From an uncultured virus (IMG/VR IMGVR_UViG_3300035501_001058) (taxonomy: Duplodnaviria; Heunggongvirae; Uroviricota; Caudoviricetes): 64,000 bases of DNA. The notes below the pieces were generated by a model. The model made no database searches. It had not been told where the DNA came from and saw nothing but the letters and a program-made list of their open reading frames with translations. The position numbers and the translations under genes were made by a program. This document shows, piece by piece, positions 40,211-50,667 of the stretch. Positions within the stretch are counted from its first letter, which is position 1; each line of letters opens with the position of its first letter. The DNA lies in the IMG/VR virus record IMGVR_UViG_3300035501_001058. The stretch is one strand, 5' to 3'.

Positions 40211-41926
40211 ATGGAAACTGTTAAATATAATCAAATTTTTTCAGAGAGAAATAAGCCAGTTTTTGGTATAAGTGATCCAGATTTTCTGGCTTTATATTAT
40301 TTCTTCTCTAATCATGAGCAGGACACTGAATATCTTGTAGAAGATATACCAGAATCTGTTGATATAGAGCAAGCTACAGTTAATCTTTTTGGGGCATACG
40401 GAATTATGTTTGAACAACATGCAATTACTTCGGATGAAAGAGTTGAACAACAATTTGTAATCATTCCAGCTAGCGAATTAGATGATCATGAGAGGTTGAG
40501 CTTTTATGTTCAGAAAATTCGCAGTACTAACCTAATACCGACACATTGTATAGTTGAGAAGGATTTAACTAAATACTCCATTGATGATTGTGATAAGTTA
40601 ATGTCTATTATACGAAAGGAAATACCATTTGTAACTATCATTAACCCATTACCAGTAACTAATACAAAAGTTTTGGTGAGCAATCAGTCAAGTTTGTCAC
40701 ATTTAGAAAAATACGTAAATCCTCTAAATCAGAAAAAGTTTAATTTTATTGATGTAACTGAGAAATTTATTAATATCTCTGAGAGTTCTTTAAACAGTTA
40801 CATAAAGCAGTGCCTTGAAATAATAGGTTATGTCGATAATCTAAACTTAACCGAAGAAGATATACTTACAATAGATTTTTCTAAAGTTAATAAGCAAGTA
40901 GTGTTTGCTTACTATGCTGTAGCAGCATACTTATTATTAGATAAAGGGATTAAATCTTATATTCCTATGAGTGACTTTAGCATTTTCACTTCGTTTGTAA
41001 ATAGAGCAAAGAGTAATGCTTATATGTTTGTAGATGATTATTTATTTAGTTTACAAAATTTTCCAGATTTTTCTATTTCCTTTAGGGGTGACATAAATTA
41101 TCTATGGATAAAGAATAAGAATGCAATAAATAATCCTAATTATCGTGATAGATATAGTATTAAGATTATGTTGTATAGAGCTCCTATAGATTTAAAAAAT
41201 TGGAAAGTAGGTAATTTTGATGATAAACCTTTAATACTGTCATTAAATCAGTTGAAATCAATATTAAAGTTCAGGGAAGTATGTGATATTGGAAGTAATG
41301 ATTTTGATAAAGCCTCTGCATCTTTTAAGACACTTAATGATGTGTGTAGTGACATAAATTGTCAATTAAGTAAATTAAAAATACTTGCTCCTGATGAATT
41401 TGTAAATGTAAATAATTTATTACTATATGAACAAGGGGGTTTAAGCTTCATAGCTTATGTAGCATCTATTAATGGAAAAATTCCTTTTAATGTGTGTCCT
41501 TTGTTGCGTAGTTGGGCTCCATTCAGTGTTGATTTAAGTATAAATGATTTGCAAGGGTTAAATGATATAGCATTATACTATGATAGCCCTGCTTATATCG
41601 AACCAATCAAGAGACAACTTGGCAAGACCACAGACATAACTAAAAGGTTTTATGATCACGAGACGCTAAGAGGAATTATTCTAAAGGGATATAGACCAAG
41701 AAAGAATTCAATTAGCCCAGATGCAGGGTTAACTTTCTCTGAGGTAGGTATGTGGAGCACTCAAACGTCAGAATTTAGGGAGCACTACAGAAAATCCTTC
41801 TCTGAACTATTCAATAAACAAGCAATTCTTGATAAACAGTGTATCTCTTTCTTTGGGTTTAAGCACCCTCAGATTAGTGGAGGTTTAAGCCTAAGTTTAG
41901 ATGATAAAGATTGGAGGTTAACATGA
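40211..41926 (+). CDS. Hypothetical protein
   Basis: 571-aa ORF in operon. Confidence 0.8.
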   Translation: METVKYNQIFSERNKPVFGISDPDFLALYYFFSNHEQDTEYLVEDIPESVDIEQATVNLFGAYGIMFEQHAITSDERVEQQFVIIPASELDDHERLSFYVQKIRSTNLIPTHCIVEKDLTKYSIDDCDKLMSIIRKEIPFVTIINPLPVTNTKVLVSNQSSLSHLEKYVNPLNQKKFNFIDVTEKFINISESSLNSYIKQCLEIIGYVDNLNLTEEDILTIDFSKVNKQVVFAYYAVAAYLLLDKGIKSYIPMSDFSIFTSFVNRAKSNAYMFVDDYLFSLQNFPDFSISFRGDINYLWIKNKNAINNPNYRDRYSIKIMLYRAPIDLKNWKVGNFDDKPLILSLNQLKSILKFREVCDIGSNDFDKASASFKTLNDVCSDINCQLSKLKILAPDEFVNVNNLLLYEQGGLSFIAYVASINGKIPFNVCPLLRSWAPFSVDLSINDLQGLNDIALYYDSPAYIEPIKRQLGKTTDITKRFYDHETLRGIILKGYRPRKNSISPDAGLTFSEVGMWSTQTSEFREHYRKSFSELFNKQAILDKQCISFFGFKHPQISGGLSLSLDDKDWRLT

Positions 41927-44340
41927 TAAGTACAAATACTCCGGATAATATAAATGATTTAAGTTTTGATGATGTAGTTAAGCTAATACATGATGATGGC
42001 TTTACTAATTTACCTAAACCAGTGAATAGAATGAAAATTATTCGGTTAATTTTTCAAGTACTAGGTTATGATTTGTCTTCAGATGCAGCTCTTGCTTTAT
42101 GTGCAGAACCCATAGCACAATTAATTATAGCAACTGCTGGTGGAGGTAAAACCACTAATGCACAAATAAATGCAATACTTCAAAAAATTTGGAGGCCGTC
42201 TCGTAGAAATCCTAGTAAGAAAATAAGTGGAGATAAAATATTGTGTCTTGTTTACAATAAGCACAATGTAAAACCTATGGAGGATAAACATAAAGCTCTT
42301 GTAAATAGACTGCGCATGGCAAACTTTAGTGATTTAAAGATTGATGACGAGATAAATGCATCAACTATGCATAGTTTTTGCGACCAGATTAGAAAAGAAA
42401 ATGTGGCTAAAATGCAGTTAATGGGATTTCGATTGCAGAAAGATACAGAGGCATTAACATTAATGCGCATGGTAAAAACAAAGATGATTAATAAATATAA
42501 TGTAAGAAGTAATCCTATGGATGAGGATATTTTGGCGTTATATAACTATGCAAAAGAAAGTATGCTTGAGGTAGACAAACTTAAAGAAACTGATAAGTTT
42601 CAGGAAGTAAATCTTCCGTTAAACGTTTTAGCTGACATCTTTAGATATTATGAAAAGCTGAAAAAGGCTAAGAAGCGTTATGATTATGTTGACTTACTTA
42701 CAAGCGTTTATGAATTATTGAGCACAGATAAAAGTGCCTTACAAGCAACACAGAGATACTACGAGTATGTAATTGCTGATGAGGTGCAGGATTTTACACC
42801 AATAATGATGAGTATTTTACAATTGATGGTGAGCAACGGGACACCATTAATGTGTATTGGTGATGAGGACCAGGGAATATATAATTTCCGAGGCGCTGAT
42901 ATTTATAATACATTAGATTTCAGTAATAAGTTCCCTGGAGGAGAAGTATACTCTTTAACACGTAATCGAAGATGCAGAAAAGAAATTCTTGATTTTGCTA
43001 AAGGTGTTATAGAAGAAAATAAGATAAGATACAATAAGATTATTGAGGGAGTAAAAGATGGTGGTTCTGTGGAAATGATTCCGTATTCTTCTATAGAGAG
43101 TGAACACTTAAAAATTGTCTCAATGATAAGAAATTTATCTGAAGCTGATCTTAATAACTCTGTTATTTGTTACAGAGATAGATATTCTTCAATTATGTTA
43201 GCAGAAATGTTGGCAGAAGCCAATATACCATTTAATATAATTAGTGGTTTTGAGGCATACTCACACATTTTATATAAGGATTTAATTGAGATTTTTAATG
43301 CATTGGAATCTCCTTTTGATAAAGCTTTAAGTATTTCATTATACAAAGTGTTGCCTGTAAAGAAAGATAAAATGTTCAGTGTTTTTGGGTATGATCCGGC
43401 ACTTCGCAGATTTAGAACTGACGATAAAAAACATTTTGCTTCATATGATTATGGTGATGCTATGGCTATAAATGGATTTGCTGATAATCTAGAGGTTCTA
43501 AATAGATTATCTGTAGAAATTCAAGATGGAACTATGGATAGGGTTTTCCCTACCATTTTTCAAATGTTAAAGAAATATCATTGGAATTACTTAAGAAGAG
43601 ACAGAGAAAAAATAGCAATTTATGATGATTTTATAGAAGATAGAGTTGACAAAGTGTTTAATCAGCATAGAACATATAAAGCTATTTTTGAGCAATTAAG
43701 CCAGAAAATGGAAAGATGCCGACGTAATAATAGGAATAAGGAAGGTATCACCTTAGCTACATTTCATGGCTTAAAAGGTCTTGAGTTTAAAAATTGTTAT
43801 TTGATGGATCTTGATAATGGAAGATTCCCAAATTTTTCATTAATTGATAGTAAACCATATAAAGAAGAAGTTAAGGAAGCTCTAAAAGAATGTGAGACTA
43901 GGTTGTTTTATGTAGCTGCCACAAGAGCTAAAGATAACCTTATTATGTTCTATTATGAGGATAATCCATCTAGATATTTACTTAAATATCTTAAAGGGAA
44001 CCAGCTAATTGAAAGTAACGAGGATGTGCAACCTAAAGAGTTATTAGTGACAGTGCAGGAAGAAGATAATGAGATTGAAGATGATTCCTTACTAGAATTA
44101 CTAGATGATTATGATGATAGTGCTTCTAGCAATACTGACCCTATCACTGGTACTGATGCTGAGGATGATCTGTTAGAATTATTGACAGAATTTGACGATG
44201 TCAAGGTTAAGCAGGAACCAACAGTATTACAAAATGTTGATGTTAATAATGTTAATGTATCATCTACTAGTTCTAGCAGTTCATACATAGGAAAAGTTAT
44301 AGGCAATTTGAGTAAGGCAGGTGTATTTGGTGGAAAATGA
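41923..44340 (+). CDS. UvrD/PcrA-like SF1 helicase with acidic C-terminal tail
   Basis: ATAGGGKT, TMHSF, DEVQD, GDEDQGIYNFRGA, TFHGLKGLEF, RLFYVAATRAK. Confidence 0.95.
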   Translation: MISTNTPDNINDLSFDDVVKLIHDDGFTNLPKPVNRMKIIRLIFQVLGYDLSSDAALALCAEPIAQLIIATAGGGKTTNAQINAILQKIWRPSRRNPSKKISGDKILCLVYNKHNVKPMEDKHKALVNRLRMANFSDLKIDDEINASTMHSFCDQIRKENVAKMQLMGFRLQKDTEALTLMRMVKTKMINKYNVRSNPMDEDILALYNYAKESMLEVDKLKETDKFQEVNLPLNVLADIFRYYEKLKKAKKRYDYVDLLTSVYELLSTDKSALQATQRYYEYVIADEVQDFTPIMMSILQLMVSNGTPLMCIGDEDQGIYNFRGADIYNTLDFSNKFPGGEVYSLTRNRRCRKEILDFAKGVIEENKIRYNKIIEGVKDGGSVEMIPYSSIESEHLKIVSMIRNLSEADLNNSVICYRDRYSSIMLAEMLAEANIPFNIISGFEAYSHILYKDLIEIFNALESPFDKALSISLYKVLPVKKDKMFSVFGYDPALRRFRTDDKKHFASYDYGDAMAINGFADNLEVLNRLSVEIQDGTMDRVFPTIFQMLKKYHWNYLRRDREKIAIYDDFIEDRVDKVFNQHRTYKAIFEQLSQKMERCRRNNRNKEGITLATFHGLKGLEFKNCYLMDLDNGRFPNFSLIDSKPYKEEVKEALKECETRLFYVAATRAKDNLIMFYYEDNPSRYLLKYLKGNQLIESNEDVQPKELLVTVQEEDNEIEDDSLLELLDDYDDSASSNTDPITGTDAEDDLLELLTEFDDVKVKQEPTVLQNVDVNNVNVSSTSSSSSYIGKVIGNLSKAGVFGGK

Positions 44341-45862
44341 TTTCTATTCAGCATTGAAAAAACGAGATCTTCTATATGTGTTAGAGCGTGTTGAGTATAG
44401 GCCTGGTGATTATAAAGGGTACGATAAAATGCGTCTGTTGTTTGACGAGATTGCATTTAAACCCAATAGTAAAATACTTATATATGGGGATTACGACCCT
44501 GATGGTTTAATGTTTACTTTGATAACGCAGAACTTCTTAGATAGCTTGATGTGCTCAAATGTAACTATTTTTCCTTATTGGAAAAGAACACATGAGCTAG
44601 ATAGAGGTGCTGTTCGTATGTGTATACAAGGTAATTACGATTATTTTATTATAGGGGACACTGCCTCAAATGCTATAAGTGCATTAAATGAAATTGCGTC
44701 TAATGGTACTAAGATTATTGTGATAGACCATCATGTAACTTCTTATAATTATGAGGATTATAATAGCAATGTTGCTATTATAAATTCTCAGATTGAGAAT
44801 GCTCTAATAGATAAACAGCAATATGCATACAGCGCCGCAGCATTGGCTTATTCTATATATGATTTATATGCCGGAGAGCATTATATCGAGTTTGATATCT
44901 CTAATGCTTGTTATGCTTTAGTTAGTCTTTACTCAGACTGCATGGATATGTCAAACAGGTATAATAGGGCTATTTATTACAGAGCATGCAGCGTAGAACG
45001 TGAAAGCTTACCTAATTATATATTGCACTTTTTGAATGAATTTCAAACGTTTGGTGCAAGATTTATAGGGTTTTGGTATGCACCAAGGATTAACTCATTA
45101 TTTCGTAGTGAGAATTTTGATCTGGTAAATAAGTATTTTTTTGACGCAGAATTAAATGCTATCGAAAGAGCTAAATGCATAGAAGAGATAAATAATATTT
45201 ACAAAAATGATAGAGAATTCACCAATCTACTTAGTGATCTTGTTGATGTAGAGGAATTAGAACATTTTGTCTATGCTAATTTAGATAGTGCTGTAGAGAA
45301 AAATGAATACTTAAATAGGAAAGCATACAATTACACTGGATTGGTGGCTAATAAATTATCACAAAGGTACAATAAAACAGCTGTTGTAATTTGTACACAT
45401 AATGATCATTATAAAGGGTCAGTGAGAGATTTATATGGTAGGCATTATCTAGAGTTGTTTAAGAAAATGGGTTATGCAGAAGGACATAATTCTGCTTTTG
45501 GTATACAAATACGATTTCTAGATTTGAGAGAGTATAGAAACAGACTAGATCTAATAGATAAAAAGTATAGTATAGATAGTATACCAAATGAACCTATTAT
45601 AATTCAGCATGAATATGCAGAACCAGATTCTACATTATTAAATGATATTGCGCTTTACAATGAATTTAGTGGTAGTGCAATACCGGTTACTTATATTTAT
45701 AAGCAGCTAGTTGGTGCGATGAAGGAATCTAAAAATGCGTATTATTATAAATACGATTGGGGAGACTTCTTTGTACAAAGTGAACATAAGTTAGATTTTG
45801 CTACAAAAATGATTATTAAACCAATACATAGCGGAAGAATAAAATTATTATATCAAGGATAG
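44321..45862 (+). CDS. recJ: RecJ-like DHH ssDNA exonuclease
   Basis: YGDYDPDG, IDHH, SD, APRIN, GSVR, GH motifs. Confidence 0.88.
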   Translation: MYLVENDFYSALKKRDLLYVLERVEYRPGDYKGYDKMRLLFDEIAFKPNSKILIYGDYDPDGLMFTLITQNFLDSLMCSNVTIFPYWKRTHELDRGAVRMCIQGNYDYFIIGDTASNAISALNEIASNGTKIIVIDHHVTSYNYEDYNSNVAIINSQIENALIDKQQYAYSAAALAYSIYDLYAGEHYIEFDISNACYALVSLYSDCMDMSNRYNRAIYYRACSVERESLPNYILHFLNEFQTFGARFIGFWYAPRINSLFRSENFDLVNKYFFDAELNAIERAKCIEEINNIYKNDREFTNLLSDLVDVEELEHFVYANLDSAVEKNEYLNRKAYNYTGLVANKLSQRYNKTAVVICTHNDHYKGSVRDLYGRHYLELFKKMGYAEGHNSAFGIQIRFLDLREYRNRLDLIDKKYSIDSIPNEPIIIQHEYAEPDSTLLNDIALYNEFSGSAIPVTYIYKQLVGAMKESKNAYYYKYDWGDFFVQSEHKLDFATKMIIKPIHSGRIKLLYQG

Positions 45863-45874
45863 GAGAAAAGAATT

Positions 45875-46129
45875 ATGAATGAAAGATTAGAATATGATGT
45901 TAACGATATAGACCTGGATGTGTTAGGTTTTTTGGAAGAACTTGGCTTTGATGATGAAGATGAAATTATAGATTTTTTAAATCTTGTAATGAATGTTAAG
46001 GAATTTGCAAGTATTGATGAGGTGCTTTTGGAAATAAGTAATGGCATTGACGAAGAGGGTGATACTGAAGAAGATGAAGACGAAACTTCATCATTCTTAA
46101 ATGAACTCAGGAGAATTGCTGATGAATAA
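45875..46129 (+). CDS. Small, highly acidic protein
   Basis: 84 aa, very D/E-rich; AGGAG RBS. Confidence 0.75.
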   Translation: MNERLEYDVNDIDLDVLGFLEELGFDDEDEIIDFLNLVMNVKEFASIDEVLLEISNGIDEEGDTEEDEDETSSFLNELRRIADE

Positions 46130-46874
46130 TGCAGGAACTATATTCGCTATTAGTCCTGATTATCTAGATGTGCTAAATAAGGAATCTGCTAAATATGATT
46201 TTGCTCTGCAAGGATACGGTTCATTTCAAAAAGCTTGCAAATGTCTTATTAAAACAAATGTAGAGGATATACTTGGTTATGTTTTCTTAAGTTATGAACT
46301 CCCTAAAGATTTAACTTTCTTTAGGGAGTTTTTGGATAAGTGTAATCTGTGCGGCGGAGATAAAAAGTTTCTTATTGCAACCTTAAATCAGGCAAGGATA
46401 ACTCAATTAGATTATAGTAGTTACAAGAATTTAAAGTTTGGTATAGTAAAAATTAATGAGGTTGTTACAGATGTCGTAATTAATCGCGATATTTTTGGTT
46501 CAATTTTACTAGCTAATTTTGAGCCATATGTTCTTACAGAAAAGGTAGAGCAAAAGAGTATAAATGGTAACGTACCAATATTGACATATGAACCATTACT
46601 AAGTAAAGACGTTTTAGACTGTGTTGATAAAATACAACTTCATTCTTCGCTGGAAGAGACTATTAGATATGATGAAATTTTATATAGGTTTAAGCTAGCT
46701 AAGTCCCCTTTGGCCCTTTTAAGAGAATTTTATATAAAATCATTTTATCCAATTGAGCAGGATAAATCCAGTTTGGAGTGTATTTTAAATAATTGCACTC
46801 CAAAAGAGTATGGTATTTATAAAGCGTTGATAGAAATGGTTAGTTCTGAACATGTAGTACAAGGTGGTGAATAA
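46122..46874 (+). CDS. Hypothetical protein (possible degenerate receiver-like alpha/beta domain)
   Basis: AGGAG before ATG 46122; alternating beta/alpha pattern. Confidence 0.65.
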   Translation: MNNAGTIFAISPDYLDVLNKESAKYDFALQGYGSFQKACKCLIKTNVEDILGYVFLSYELPKDLTFFREFLDKCNLCGGDKKFLIATLNQARITQLDYSSYKNLKFGIVKINEVVTDVVINRDIFGSILLANFEPYVLTEKVEQKSINGNVPILTYEPLLSKDVLDCVDKIQLHSSLEETIRYDEILYRFKLAKSPLALLREFYIKSFYPIEQDKSSLECILNNCTPKEYGIYKALIEMVSSEHVVQGGE

Positions 46875-48486
46875 TATGATTTCATTTGATACTTTCAAAG
46901 TTGCTCCTTTAGAGAAGGAAATTTTTGATTCTATTTATTATGAACAGAATAGCTTAGGTGAAGCTAATTGCTTATTTGACTTAGAATTATACAAGGTTGT
47001 AGATCGTTTCACAATAGTAGACACATTAAAGAAGGAATACCCGTTACTTTGTTCTATTGAAACTGTAAATAGGGATAATACTTTGAGAGATACTGAAGAA
47101 AGATTTGGTGTGATTATAGATAAAATAAGTAATAGAGAGCTTAATGTGATATATCCAGTACTTTCGAATAATATAAATAAGAGTTCTTTAAGTATAAAAT
47201 TAAGTCAGTACAAATTAAATTGGCTTGAAGTAACCAGACTTAACTTTTTACAATTGCAAGGTACAGATATTTCTACTTTTTATAATGAAGATTTATTGTT
47301 CAAGCGAATAGTTGTTGAAGCAATAAATTTAAAGGCAACCGATTTACATTTTTCTGTTGAGCATACTGAAAACGGGGTAGAATACCCATTGTATTATCGT
47401 AGTGGCAGTCAGCTCTTTAAATTAAGTTTATTTGAGTTAGATAAAAAATTAAATAATGCACTAATTAGCAAATTCATTGAAAGAAAAACTACTGATATTT
47501 CACTTGATATTTCTGATTCAGCCGGTGTTACAACGAGCACTTCAGCTTTGTTTAAGACAAGAGCAATAGAACTTAGAGTTTCGGCTAATAAAGTAAATGA
47601 TGGAACAAGATGTGTTATACGAATTCAGGAAAAGAAAACTACAAGTTTACATGTGGATGAATTAGGGTTTGCAGCAAAGGTTACAGACGGAATAAAAGAG
47701 TTAGCTTGCAAAAGAAATGGTATTACTTTTATAACAGGTGCTATAAGAACAGGTAAAAATACCACAGCATTTGCAATTGCAAATGAAATACATAAAGACA
47801 ACGTTAGTCTAATAAGTTATGATTCACCTATAGAGGTTTTAATGCCTTTTCCACAGGTAGACTACAGAGAAAGCCCTGAGCGCTTGCTTAATTGCGTAAG
47901 ACTTGCGAAAAAACAAGATATCGATATTGCATTTTTGAATGAGATACCTTCAAAAGATGTAGCTTTTGCTGTTAAAGATCTTGTAAATAGTTCCATAGGT
48001 GTAGTGACTACATTACATTTAAATAGATTATGGGATTTACCATATAGATTATTTGAATACTATGGTGATTCTTACAAAGATGTTATAGCACAGATTAATG
48101 GTGTGGTAAATCAGAAAATGTTTAGTGTTCCATGCCCACATTGTTTGAAAACAATGAGAGCAAATGATGTAGAAAATAGTACTATTCGTAAGTTACTTGA
48201 AGCCAATAATGTTCAAACTGTTTATGTAAATGATGGCTGTGTTAATTGCTATAATATTTATACAGGTACGTATGGTACAGTTATTGGAAAAAATCAGCCT
48301 TATGCAGAATTTCTTATATTTGATGAAGAGATTCGTTCCAGCCTTTTACGGTTTGATAGTACATGGGAAATGGCAGAATACTTAAAGGGTCAGCTATTGA
48401 GCAGAAAGCAGAATCTAGAAGTGTTTATGATTGAAGCAATTAAGCAAGGAAGATTATCATATGAGGCTTTACAATACATAATTTAG
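46864..48486 (+). CDS. PilB/GspE-like secretion/pilus assembly ATPase (divergent)
   Basis: ATDLHF, ELRVS, CVIRI, ELGF, ITGAIRTGKNTT, DSPIE, NEI, TTLH, CPHC...GCVNC; start may be ATG 46876. Confidence 0.85.
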   Translation: MVNNMISFDTFKVAPLEKEIFDSIYYEQNSLGEANCLFDLELYKVVDRFTIVDTLKKEYPLLCSIETVNRDNTLRDTEERFGVIIDKISNRELNVIYPVLSNNINKSSLSIKLSQYKLNWLEVTRLNFLQLQGTDISTFYNEDLLFKRIVVEAINLKATDLHFSVEHTENGVEYPLYYRSGSQLFKLSLFELDKKLNNALISKFIERKTTDISLDISDSAGVTTSTSALFKTRAIELRVSANKVNDGTRCVIRIQEKKTTSLHVDELGFAAKVTDGIKELACKRNGITFITGAIRTGKNTTAFAIANEIHKDNVSLISYDSPIEVLMPFPQVDYRESPERLLNCVRLAKKQDIDIAFLNEIPSKDVAFAVKDLVNSSIGVVTTLHLNRLWDLPYRLFEYYGDSYKDVIAQINGVVNQKMFSVPCPHCLKTMRANDVENSTIRKLLEANNVQTVYVNDGCVNCYNIYTGTYGTVIGKNQPYAEFLIFDEEIRSSLLRFDSTWEMAEYLKGQLLSRKQNLEVFMIEAIKQGRLSYEALQYII

Positions 48487-48879
48487 GTGGTGATTATAGT
48501 GATAGGTATGAAAGATGTTGATAAGGACACTGTAAATAATTCTAATATAAATATAAAACAGAATGTAACAGTAGAAGCTGCTATGTATACTGATGAATCT
48601 AAGAAAATGCCTTTAAGCATACTTCAAAATAGTGTGTTTACATGTAGTCCGGTCGAAATTGATTATATCCCTATGGTTAAATGGATTCTTTCTGTTGAGA
48701 GTATAGAAAAAACAGTACCATTTGTTGGAGACTTATCTGATAGATACTCTATTGATTCAGCAATTAATAGAGTTATTAATGTTATAGAAAATAAGGGAAT
48801 GCATGGCACTATTGCTATAGAAAAAACTGCAGTAAATAATGCACCTGCACAGGAGAAAGTAGGTGTTACGTTCCTATGA
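48487..48879 (+). CDS. Hypothetical protein
   Basis: ORF in PilB-like operon; start uncertain (48487 or 48508). Confidence 0.6.
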   Translation: MVIIVIGMKDVDKDTVNNSNINIKQNVTVEAAMYTDESKKMPLSILQNSVFTCSPVEIDYIPMVKWILSVESIEKTVPFVGDLSDRYSIDSAINRVINVIENKGMHGTIAIEKTAVNNAPAQEKVGVTFL

Positions 48880-49385
48880 AAAGAATTTTATCTATTTGTT
48901 TTTTAGTATTGATGTGCCTAGTTATAATATTGTTTGGTTGGAGAACCTGTACAGATGCATTAAGCTCATTTAAACAAAAACAAACATTACAAAAAGAGAT
49001 AAAAACTGCTCAAGATCAGATAAGTGAAAATGAAGTAAAGTTATCTAATATGCTTACAGAACAATCTGCCACAATTATGGATAATTCTAGTTTATATGAT
49101 TCATTAGTAGATTTTATAACTGAGGAATGCTCTATAACAAAGATAGTCGGAGAGAGAATTGCTTCAAGTGGTGAATTAACACCAGTTGCAACCTTTATAG
49201 GAATAGATGATATACATGCAATGCCAACAATAGATGCTTTGCAAGTAGTCTTTAATGCTACAGATGAAGAAAACTTTCTTCAAATCTTAGATGAGACTAA
49301 TTATAAAAGAATTAGTACTGAATTTTTTCCGGGAGAGAATTGTATAATTGTCACTTTTCTTGTTACAGGAGGTGATGAATCATGA
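48876..49385 (+). CDS. Membrane-anchored coiled-coil protein, PilO-like topology
   Basis: N-terminal TM, coiled coil, small alpha/beta domain; follows PilB-like gene. Confidence 0.5.
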   Translation: MKRILSICFLVLMCLVIILFGWRTCTDALSSFKQKQTLQKEIKTAQDQISENEVKLSNMLTEQSATIMDNSSLYDSLVDFITEECSITKIVGERIASSGELTPVATFIGIDDIHAMPTIDALQVVFNATDEENFLQILDETNYKRISTEFFPGENCIIVTFLVTGGDES

Positions 49386-50605
49386 TTGAAGCCATTATAG
49401 AGCTGGATAATAGTTTGCGTTTAGTAATTACTAAAGATTACGATGTAGTTCTTATAGATGAATTAAAAATAACTAGCAATACTTTAGATATGTTGTACAC
49501 AATACTAAATGAGTTAGCTGTTAATAAAGTTACTGTCATAATGCATGCTGTTTATGATAAGTTAATGTATAGTAATGCAATAAATGTTGACACCATCCAA
49601 ATCGGTGATGAAGTTTATTATGGTTTTTTCTCACGAAGTGATATAGATAGATTAAATGCAGTCTTTCGTGCTCTAAAAATCACTGATGTAACTTACTATA
49701 ATAAAATGGACTTGTATAAAACATTTATTGAAAAAAATCAGTGTATTGTTGATGTACATGGAAATTCTATAATTATTTTAGTAAAACAGGATAATCTATG
49801 TTATTTAGGATATTCAAAAACTTTAAATTTTGATCAAAGATTACTACAGATATGCAGTAAATATGGGGTTAAGGATATTGTAGATTTTTCTACATTTGTT
49901 GATTATGATTGTATTTGCAAATTTAACAATTTTGCGAAAGTGAATGTTTTAACAGGGTACACTACGTTATCTATTTTTGGTTTTTTCAGATATAGTAATA
50001 GATGTTTACCTATACAGTGTAATAATTTCTATGATGAAAGTTCAGCAAAAGAATGGTTTGTTAATAATGAACCTACAGATAATAAACATGGAGAAAATAA
50101 AATAGAATCTTCTAAAGAAAAAAGACCCAAAAAAGAGGATTCTGTGAAGCAAGAACAACATATAAAAGTAAAACAGCATCATGATTTAGTAACGTTTATA
50201 TGTACTTCACTCGGTATTCTGATAGTACTTGTAGTCTTGCTGGCTGTTATAGCTTGCAATTTACTAGGGTCAAACAATGAGTCTCTGGAGAATGATTTAT
50301 TAGTTTTGAATGATAAAAATTCTTGTTACGTACATAAATTAGATTATGTAATGAGAGATTCTGAGATAAGCTATACTGAAATATATGATCTTTTGCAAAA
50401 TGGGTTACCAGATGGCATTTTGGTATATTCATGTGAGATAACCGATAGTATTAATTTAACTATGCTCGTTCCAGATGATGTTGAAAGTTCAACATTAGGT
50501 TCAGCACTTCCGGAAGGTCTAAGTATGCAAAGTGCAACTGAAATAGGATTAGTAACACAAGGTGATGTTGTATATGTAAAATATCTAATTTCATGTAGTA
50601 AATAG
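49382..50605 (+). CDS. PilM/PilN (GspL)-like architecture protein
   Basis: Cytoplasmic alpha/beta domain, charged linker, one TM, coiled coil and small external domain. Confidence 0.45.
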   Translation: MIEAIIELDNSLRLVITKDYDVVLIDELKITSNTLDMLYTILNELAVNKVTVIMHAVYDKLMYSNAINVDTIQIGDEVYYGFFSRSDIDRLNAVFRALKITDVTYYNKMDLYKTFIEKNQCIVDVHGNSIIILVKQDNLCYLGYSKTLNFDQRLLQICSKYGVKDIVDFSTFVDYDCICKFNNFAKVNVLTGYTTLSIFGFFRYSNRCLPIQCNNFYDESSAKEWFVNNEPTDNKHGENKIESSKEKRPKKEDSVKQEQHIKVKQHHDLVTFICTSLGILIVLVVLLAVIACNLLGSNNESLENDLLVLNDKNSCYVHKLDYVMRDSEISYTEIYDLLQNGLPDGILVYSCEITDSINLTMLVPDDVESSTLGSALPEGLSMQSATEIGLVTQGDVVYVKYLISCSK

Positions 50606-50608
50606 TTG

Positions 50609-50641
50609 GTGTGGTGTAACGTAACTGTACACCACATTTTT
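50609..50641 (+). terminator. Intrinsic terminator
   Basis: TGTGGTGTA/TACACCACA stem then T5. Confidence 0.75.
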
Positions 50642-50667
50642 AGATTAAAGTAAAGGAGGTTTTATAC

